Shown: piece after piece, positions 1-5,503 of the stretch
How the letters are laid out: each line of letters opens with the position of its first letter
Position numbering within the stretch: position 1 is the stretch's first letter
Assembly: GCA_002342295.1 (NCBI GenBank)
Contig: DDPR01000014.1
Location: 1 to 32,000 of the forward strand
DNA from: Burkholderiales bacterium UBA2463
GTDB lineage: Bacteria > Pseudomonadota > Gammaproteobacteria > Burkholderiales > Burkholderiaceae_A
Direction: 5' to 3'
DNA length: 32,000 nucleotides
Notes under the pieces: model-generated
The model's input: only the letters and a program-made list of their open reading frames with translations
What the model was told of the DNA's origin: nothing
Database searches by the model: none
Program-made: the position numbers and the translations under genes

Positions 1-131
1 TGTACTCTCCCTAGTAGTAGCGTTGTTGAAGATCCCACTCTAGCCTATCACTTGCCTAGTGTCAATGCCTACTTGTGCTAATCATAGAGTTCAGCTACGA
101 TTAAAAGTCACAAACTACAGTAGGAGCTCTA

Positions 132-695
132 ATGTTTAAGATGTTTTTTGAGTATGAAGTAGGCAGAGAAGCCAATGACTTAGTTCAATCTCTATCATTG
201 CTGTTTCTTACTCCTACTTCAAACATCATTGCTGATGATGTCTGGGCTACTGGTATAAGCAGAAAAAGGAAAATAGAAAACTTATCCATTAACGAGCTAC
301 TTACATACACAGTTTGTAGAATTAAAGGTGTTCCATCTATGACTGTAGTTGATTTCAAAAAACCCTTTAAGTCGGATGATAAGTTTATAGATAGTTTCAA
401 AGATAATTATCTTGGAACAGTTAGAGAAAAAGTTTCTAAAGCTGATCTTGTGAAACTAGCAAAATTACAGTCTAAACTTGAATATAACGGCTACATAAGT
501 AACTGGCTTAATCCACGCTTTCCAAATCTTAAAAGTAGTTTTGAAGATGCTGGTCTAACTGAACAAGAATGTAAGGAACTTGAGAAACTATATAAAGTCT
601 CAAATAAGCCAGTAGATGATTGGATAAAATCCAAAAGAGATGATATAAAAAATGAGATAAAACCTCTTACTAAATTCATTGTAAGAGGTTTCTAA
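132..695 (+). CDS. Hypothetical protein (187 aa), island cargo
   Basis: ATG at 132 is preceded by AGGAG (122-126) with a 5-nt spacer. A 187-codon ORF is unlikely by chance in AT-rich DNA. I recognise no motif. Confidence 0.6.
   Translation: MFKMFFEYEVGREANDLVQSLSLLFLTPTSNIIADDVWATGISRKRKIENLSINELLTYTVCRIKGVPSMTVVDFKKPFKSDDKFIDSFKDNYLGTVREKVSKADLVKLAKLQSKLEYNGYISNWLNPRFPNLKSSFEDAGLTEQECKELEKLYKVSNKPVDDWIKSKRDDIKNEIKPLTKFIVRGF
661..690 (-). terminator. Perfect 10-bp stem / 10-nt loop hairpin, probable intrinsic terminator for the minus-strand recombinase operon, embedded in the last codons of the convergent 132-695 ORF
   Basis: AACCTCTTAC (661-670) and GTAAGAGGTT (681-690) are exact reverse complements. 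On the minus strand the hairpin starts 7 nt after the recombinase stop (697-699) and is followed by TTATCTCATTTTTTAT (reverse complement of 645-660). Confidence 0.55.
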
Positions 696-696
696 A

Positions 697-1272
697 TTAA
701 ACTAGTTCAACTGCCTTACGCATCATGTCATCACTAGCATCAATGTACACCATTGTTGTTTGTGCCGACTTGTGACCCATTAGCTTTTGTAGAACTCTAA
801 TGCCCACGCCTTTGCTACTGATTTGAGTAGCAAAAGACCTACGCATTGAATGGCTTGATGCGTTATCAATTCCGCAAGCTGAAAACAAGTAGTGCCAATA
901 CTGTGTAAGTGTATTAGGACTAAATCCATCACTACTCTTTTTCTGCGAGTAAAACAGCTTACGCTTTCGGTCTGTAATGTCCAATGTCTTTACATAAGCA
1001 TCTAGCTCTTTGTACAGCTTATCGCTAATGTAAATTGTTCTAGCTACATTACCTTTTGTAATGTCGGCCTTGAGTAGAATTTCACGCTTAACATTGCCTT
1101 CGCAATCTACAGCATCTTCAATGCGTAAAGCACTAGTCTCCCCTACCCTAGTGCCAGCACAGTACATTAAATGAAGCATAGCCCTATTTCTAGCACTATG
1201 CTTGCGTGTAGCTATGTAATCAAGTACTCGTCTAAATTCTTGCTGTGTTAATGTCTTAGCTTGCTTTGCCAT
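697..1272 (-). CDS. Small tyrosine recombinase/integrase (about 191 aa, essentially catalytic core only)
   Basis: Catalytic signature is readable: Arg in AGTRVGE, H-x-x-R in HSMRRSF, His in MGHKS, Tyr in TTMVYID. I prefer the ATG at 1272 (MAKQAKTLTQQEF...) because GAGGTG lies 6 nt upstream. The track start at 1362 has no SD. Confidence 0.85.
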   Translation of the reverse strand: MAKQAKTLTQQEFRRVLDYIATRKHSARNRAMLHLMYCAGTRVGETSALRIEDAVDCEGNVKREILLKADITKGNVARTIYISDKLYKELDAYVKTLDITDRKRKLFYSQKKSSDGFSPNTLTQYWHYLFSACGIDNASSHSMRRSFATQISSKGVGIRVLQKLMGHKSAQTTMVYIDASDDMMRKAVELV

Positions 1273-1577
1273 CTTGCTCACCTCAAATGTAATGTTTTCT
1301 ACATTTTTAGTGTATTGTCTTGTATTAGAAATTCCTACCTCTTTTTTGTCTTTTTGTGTCATAGTGTTTTCTTGTTCAAAATCAACGACTTAGCTGTTAT
1401 TTTCATCAAAATATAACAAAATGTGCTATTTTCTTATATTTGCTTGTTAGCGCCGTTGCTATAGTGCCACACTTATTTAACTGTTTGCGTACAAGCCCTA
1501 CAAGCTGTTGATACGCTGTTTTGCTGTCCTAGTATTCAGCGTACAGTTTTAAGCGTTTGTAGCTTGTTCTAGTGCGT

Positions 1578-2030
1578 CTAATTGCTTTCTGTAATATGTA
1601 TAGCGTTTACAAAATCTATTATTTCAATGTCAGCAATATTAATTTCTTCATAATTAACTACAATTTTGCTCTTAATTAGCCATCCATCTATTCCATCTTC
1701 TTCACTAATCTTATTTCCCTCTTCATCTTCACCATAGTCGTATCTTTGTATTTCAAAAGTCCACTTTAATTGATGTAGATTTCCAGTTAATGTTAAATTA
1801 GCATTTTCCATCATAAAGTCAGGTGATAGAACAAAGTTTATGTCACAGTACCTATCTTCTTTATTAAAGTCTACTGACCATATCTGTACACACGATAATT
1901 TAGGTCTAAAATACGCATTACGCTCTATAGCTTCTTCTACAGTAATAACATCTTGCGTATCACCACTAAGTGCGTGTATTGCTTTAATTGATAGTCTATA
2001 TAAAGTTGACTCAAAGACCCTAGCATCCAT
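1578..2030 (-). CDS. Hypothetical acidic protein (150 aa)
   Basis: ATG at 2030 with GAGGTG 5 nt upstream. By my count there are 29 Asp/Glu and 13 Lys/Arg. It is co-directional with the HUH-like gene upstream and the recombinase downstream. No recognisable motif. Confidence 0.6.
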   Translation of the reverse strand: MDARVFESTLYRLSIKAIHALSGDTQDVITVEEAIERNAYFRPKLSCVQIWSVDFNKEDRYCDINFVLSPDFMMENANLTLTGNLHQLKWTFEIQRYDYGEDEEGNKISEEDGIDGWLIKSKIVVNYEEINIADIEIIDFVNAIHITESN

Positions 2031-2100
2031 ATCAACACCTCGCTATGTAGTTGATGATATTATATAACACCTAGCTTATTTTTGGCAAAGCTACGCTAAT

Positions 2101-2121
2101 TAAGCACTCATTAAGTGCTTA
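2101..2121. repeat. Perfect 8-bp stem / 5-nt loop hairpin followed by tandem TTAACC(A/G) heptamers
   Basis: TAAGCACT (2101-2108) and AGTGCTTA (2114-2121) are exact reverse complements with loop CATTA. TTAACCATTAACCG follows immediately. It lies 46 nt downstream of the HUH-like gene stop. Confidence 0.5.
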
Positions 2122-2166
2122 TTAACCATTAACCGCAAGCGTCAACTAAGGACTGGAGTGCTTAGA

Positions 2167-2724
2167 TTAGTAAAAGTAAAGTCTATTCAACTCTAACTTA
2201 TCAATCTTTTTTGTAATGTATCCCGACCAACCTTCTGTAATCTCTTCAACTTTATATCTATACATCTTGTCCTCACTATCTTTGTCGGCACGATAGTTAG
2301 GATTGCTCATTTCAAATTCACCACTCAACTCTATAGCTTTTACAATCTGTTTATGAAAGTCTTCGCTTGTGTAGCTATCTGGCTTTTGTAGCAAGAAGTG
2401 AGTGTGTAAATCAACACAGCTACTGTTATCTCCTTCTATGCTTGCTATAGCTACTAACTTCTTCCCATCACGCTTATATGCGTTTTTTAGAACAAGTTTA
2501 TTAATCAAATGTACAAGTCTAGAGTTTGCTCGTTCTAGCTCATCTTTTGTTAAGTGTCTGTACACCTTACCATCAACAACATAGCGTGACTTTGGAACAT
2601 ATTTGTAAAACACCTTCTTTGGCATAACAGTAAGACCTTGTGTCAATCCAAGTTCTTTAGCACTTGTCAGCCACTTCACTACTTCTAATCTGTTATCTTT
2701 TTTAGTTACTAATTGTTCAAGCAT
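2167..2724 (-). CDS. HUH-superfamily-like protein (185 aa): putative rolling-circle Rep / Y1 endonuclease, YagK/inovirus-Gp2-like
   Basis: Motif H-T-H-F-L-L at residues 107-112 (codons 2406-2389) and G-Y-I-T-K-K with Tyr169 (2220-2218) and Lys172, 62 residues downstream. This matches the HUH ... Y-x-x-K spacing of Y1 HUH enzymes. ATG at 2724 with AGGTG 5 nt upstream. Motif-level call only. Confidence 0.45.
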   Translation of the reverse strand: MLEQLVTKKDNRLEVVKWLTSAKELGLTQGLTVMPKKVFYKYVPKSRYVVDGKVYRHLTKDELERANSRLVHLINKLVLKNAYKRDGKKLVAIASIEGDNSSCVDLHTHFLLQKPDSYTSEDFHKQIVKAIELSGEFEMSNPNYRADKDSEDKMYRYKVEEITEGWSGYITKKIDKLELNRLYFY

Positions 2725-2900
2725 CTTTACACCTATATTTTTTGTATAGATATATTTATGCTTTATATAAGGATAGTGTAAATTTTTATGAAAAAGTTAT
2801 ATTAATCAACAAGTTACGGCAGATTTTGAAAGTATTTTGGTAGGAAAAATGGCTAAAAGGTATTACATTAACTATTCCTTTAACTACTTTGGAGTATGAA
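2725..2900. promoter_or_regulatory. AT-rich divergent intergenic region, presumed promoters for the minus-strand (HUH-like) and plus-strand (2901) genes
   Basis: A 176-nt, very AT-rich spacer lies between two divergently oriented genes that both have strong SD sequences. I could not pick unambiguous -35/-10 hexamers. Confidence 0.35.
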
Positions 2901-3344
2901 ATGGCTACTATGTCCGCACTTAAACTTGTTACAAGCAAGAAACAATCTACTGTTAGCCCAATAGTAAATCGCCGATTGAAATTGCTTGCTAAAGTACAAG
3001 AGCAAATTGAGCTTTGTACAGCTAAGAAAGATGGAAATACTTACGCACCAAAGCGTCTAAAAACATTCACAGATAAGGTGACTGGAGAACGCAAAACTAT
3101 TGAAACAGTTAAGCGTGTTAAAGAATGGTTCTGGATTAGCGACACAGGTAAGATTCATCTTGCTATCAAATATGGCTCTAAGACGCTTATGCTAAACAAG
3201 AAAGGTGCTAATGCTATTGAAGTTAGCAATGGTGATGAGCTAATTAGCACACTTAAACACATCGCAGGCTCTATTGAAAATGGTGAACTAGATGAGTTTA
3301 TTAATGATGTTAGTAAAGCTACAAGAGATAGCTTCGTAAAGTAA
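2901..3344 (+). CDS. Small conserved hypothetical protein (147 aa), resembles a family seen in proteobacterial genomic islands
   Basis: GGAG (2891-2894) lies 6 nt before the ATG at 2901 (MATMSALKLV...). The track start at 2889 is a TTG. The pattern MSALKL...RR.KL...Q..L....G..Y.P...KT..D..TGE...KRVK.WFW matches from memory a family I believe is Pfam DUF6641. This is unverified. Confidence 0.6.
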   Translation: MATMSALKLVTSKKQSTVSPIVNRRLKLLAKVQEQIELCTAKKDGNTYAPKRLKTFTDKVTGERKTIETVKRVKEWFWISDTGKIHLAIKYGSKTLMLNKKGANAIEVSNGDELISTLKHIAGSIENGELDEFINDVSKATRDSFVK

Positions 3345-3358
3345 TATTGTTTATCAGC

Positions 3359-3395
3359 AAGTATCCTTTTCTATAAATATAAGAAAAGGATACTT
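3359..3395. promoter_or_regulatory. Perfect 13-bp inverted repeat with 11-nt AT loop; the right arm contains the SD of the 3399 ORF
   Basis: AAGTATCCTTTTC (3359-3371) and GAAAAGGATACTT (3383-3395) are exact reverse complements with loop TATAAATATAA. AAGGA (3386-3390) is the only SD for the ATG at 3399. Confidence 0.55.
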
Positions 3396-3398
3396 TGT

Positions 3399-3725
3399 AT
3401 GAGACTATTTGAATTTACAAATGCTGAAGAACAGCTTAAGCTATTACAACTAATATTTGATACTACTTTTAGCACAATTAGACAGCAAGCTGAACAACAA
3501 GCTAGAGAAAAAGCAGAACAGGCTAGAGTAGCTAAGTTAAAGCCTAAGCGTAAATCTAGCATCAAGCCTAAGTCCATACCAAGTGTTAAAGCACCACCCC
3601 CACCAAAGCCCCCTACTAAGCCTAGTACATCTACTGCCAACCCTAACCAACCCCTAGCTAAATCTAGTCAACCCCCTAGTAATTTATCTAGTCACCCTAC
3701 CCAACCCCCCAACAAATATACCTAA
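3399..3725 (+). CDS. Coiled-coil plus Pro/Lys/Thr/Ser-rich low-complexity protein (108 aa as read; probably frameshifted, see findings)
   Basis: ATG at 3399 with AAGGA 8 nt upstream. The N-terminal part is helical and Gln/Glu/Ala-rich, followed by a KPKRKSSIKPKSIPSVKAPPPPKPPTKPS... tail. Similar composition continues in the +1 frame to 3879. Confidence 0.5.
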   Translation: MRLFEFTNAEEQLKLLQLIFDTTFSTIRQQAEQQAREKAEQARVAKLKPKRKSSIKPKSIPSVKAPPPPKPPTKPSTSTANPNQPLAKSSQPPSNLSSHPTQPPNKYT

Positions 3726-3990
3726 TACCCTACCTAATAAAACAGTAGCCCCCACAGCTTTACCCCACATAAAGCCCATACCCCCTATCAAGCCTACTGT
3801 GGCTACCAAGTACCCTATTAAACCCAAACATAATAAACATCTACACCCCTTAGAAGATGACGATACAGATAGCTACTAGAAATGGGTTCTAGCTTGCTAA
3901 AAAATTGGGCTACGGTTTTTTTAGGTGAAGTACTTAAACTTTTGGGGTGGTGATTTTTTACCTATACCCCCATCACTTTTGCTGTAAATG

Positions 3991-4019
3991 CGTCTTTCGG
4001 CGTTAAAGACGGGTTTTTT
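3991..4019 (+). terminator. Rho-independent terminator closing the plus-strand 2901-3879 gene pair
   Basis: CGTCTTT (3991-3997) and AAAGACG (4005-4011) form a perfect 7-bp stem with loop CGGCGTT, followed by GGTTTTTT. A second imperfect hairpin (GGGGTGGT ... ACCtatACCCC, 3944-3970) precedes it. Confidence 0.6.
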
Positions 4020-4081
4020 ACCCATTTTTAATAGTAAATTACAAAACCATGCTCATGGTGACGACAGGCATAGTTAAAATA

Positions 4082-5344
4082 CTATTTGGGAATAATTATT
4101 CCATCTATTGTGTAATAGCCAGCCATTGCTTGAGTCGTTAATATATCTTCATCAATATGGTAATAAGTTTTCTCAATTTGAGTCCTACTTGTTCCACACA
4201 TATCAGCCACATCTTTATAGCTTAGTCCTGCCTTAATTCTGTTCGTTATAAAGTAATGTCTAAAGCTATAAGGTACTAACTTTCTCTTTCCTATGTCTAT
4301 TTTCGCCTCTTCTAGTATCTTCTTAAAATGATGTGTTACTGCTCTTTGACTTACAACATTTACTCCATTAAAACTAAACACATAGTTTTCTGCGAATGGC
4401 TTCTTTGTATGTGTAGGAGTAGTTAACTTGAATAAGTTATCAAAATACTCTATATCTCTTATCTTTACTACACGAGGCTTTCTTACTTTACTTGTTTCTT
4501 TTCTAACACTTATCTTTACAAAATCTATCTCTTCTTTGTTTATTGTTTCATTAGAAAAAGTAATGTCTTTCCATTTCAATTGCTTTTGCTCACCTGTTCT
4601 TAATCCACAAATTGAAGCTATTAATAGATAGTGACCAGACAGTACTCTTGCTTTATTTTCTAAGTCGTTTAAGTCCTTCATTGCCTCTTCTATGTATTTT
4701 GGTATAGCGGCTCTAAAAGCTCTTACTTCTTCATCTGTAAATGATGATCTTCTTACAGCTTCTTCTGGTGTATTTCTAATTGATATTGTTTCAAAGTCAA
4801 ATCCATCAATATAAACTTCACCTTTTTTGTGAAGCCATTTCATCATCGAATTTATAGTACTTTGCTCATTAGCTATGGTAGATAGTGCTGTAGTTTTTGT
4901 AGCACTTGGTTTTTCTCTTGCCTTAGCATATTCAGCACAGCTATCTCTATCTAGCTCTTTTAGCTTTGTATCACGCTCTATAAAGTCTAGCCAATGCTCT
5001 AAATGTGCTCTTATAGTTCCGTATCTACCCTTAACTATGCTCTTAGTTGTTCTACTATCAATGTGTCCTTTTCTATACTCTAAGTACATTAATACACCAT
5101 CTTTAGCTGTCCTAGAGTAGTATGTTCTTCCACTATCAGTAACAGACTTAATACTGACAAAGTGTTTTTTAGCTCTTTCTGTAGCTATATCAACATTCTT
5201 TGTCTTTAAGCTAAGTCTCACATACCTACGCTCTTTTTCTAGCCAATAGCGAAACTGCCATATGTCACCCCTTTTGTAGATAACAGCTTCTTCGTAAATT
5301 GGTATTTCTTCACCATCTACAAATGTCTTTTTCTTAAGCGTCAT
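4082..5344 (-). CDS. int: Tyrosine-type site-specific integrase (420 aa), att-proximal integrase of the island
   Basis: Arg in CGLRTGE. The C-terminal segment YSFRHYFITNRIKAGLSYKDVADMCGTSRTQIEKTYYH aligns without gaps to XerD [38 protein letters not shown]. I prefer the ATG at 5344 (MTLKKKTF...); the track start at 5416 is a TTG. Confidence 0.88.
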   Translation of the reverse strand: MTLKKKTFVDGEEIPIYEEAVIYKRGDIWQFRYWLEKERRYVRLSLKTKNVDIATERAKKHFVSIKSVTDSGRTYYSRTAKDGVLMYLEYRKGHIDSRTTKSIVKGRYGTIRAHLEHWLDFIERDTKLKELDRDSCAEYAKAREKPSATKTTALSTIANEQSTINSMMKWLHKKGEVYIDGFDFETISIRNTPEEAVRRSSFTDEEVRAFRAAIPKYIEEAMKDLNDLENKARVLSGHYLLIASICGLRTGEQKQLKWKDITFSNETINKEEIDFVKISVRKETSKVRKPRVVKIRDIEYFDNLFKLTTPTHTKKPFAENYVFSFNGVNVVSQRAVTHHFKKILEEAKIDIGKRKLVPYSFRHYFITNRIKAGLSYKDVADMCGTSRTQIEKTYYHIDEDILTTQAMAGYYTIDGIIIPK

Positions 5345-5425
5345 TTTTAGGCTTGGGTAGTTACAGTTTTGAGTTGCTACTTTGCTGTGTAGCAAGTTGT
5401 GTAAATGTAACTTCAAATAGCACCT

Positions 5426-5448
5426 AAACGCAAGTGTTTTTTGCGTTT
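5426..5448. repeat. 8-bp inverted repeat in the integrase-guaA spacer
   Basis: AAACGCAA (5426-5433) and TTGCGTTT (5441-5448) are exact reverse complements with loop GTGTTTT. Two TTTGTGT(G/A)A 9-mers follow at 5446-5454 and 5457-5465. Confidence 0.5.
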
Positions 5449-5503
5449 GTGTGATTTTTGTGTAACTTTAAGCCCTTATAAATCAAGCACTTAGGCTCAA
5501 TTA

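Larger units (their letters stand above)
1..5503. mobile_element. Integrase-proximal part of a low-GC integrative genomic island abutting the 3' end of guaA; the far boundary is outside the window
   Basis: Hand counts of sample lines give about 35-40% GC for 1-5500 and about 55-65% for 5610-32000. The block holds two tyrosine recombinase genes, an HUH-like gene and orphan ORFs. The 420-aa integrase gene is the last island gene, 87 nt from the guaA stop codon (5504-5506). Confidence 0.8.

Noticed and set aside
1-78. Open frame running in from the left edge and ending in TAA at 76-78
   Set aside because: Only 25 codons are visible, so it cannot be supported as a feature. It is mentioned under the cargo finding instead.
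3371-3640. 89-aa minus-strand ORF rich in Gly/Leu/Cys
   Set aside because: It is the complement of the C/A-rich proline-coding tract of the 3399 ORF. It is low complexity and has no SD.
3882-3953. 23-codon hydrophobic mini-ORF (MGSSLLKNWATVFLGEVLKLLGW)
   Set aside because: It has no SD, is very short, and lies in the terminator-containing spacer.
3953-4026. Direct repeat TTTTTTACC[T/C]AT at about 3954 and about 4014
   Set aside because: The second copy is simply the T-tract of the 3991-4019 terminator, and a 12-nt AT-rich match in AT-rich DNA is not significant.
185-5120. Short antisense ORFs inside island genes (185-400, 491-679, 1840-2067, 2402-2584, 4428-4631, 4875-5120)
   Set aside because: Each lies wholly within a longer opposite-strand ORF that has an SD and/or recognisable motifs, and none has its own SD.
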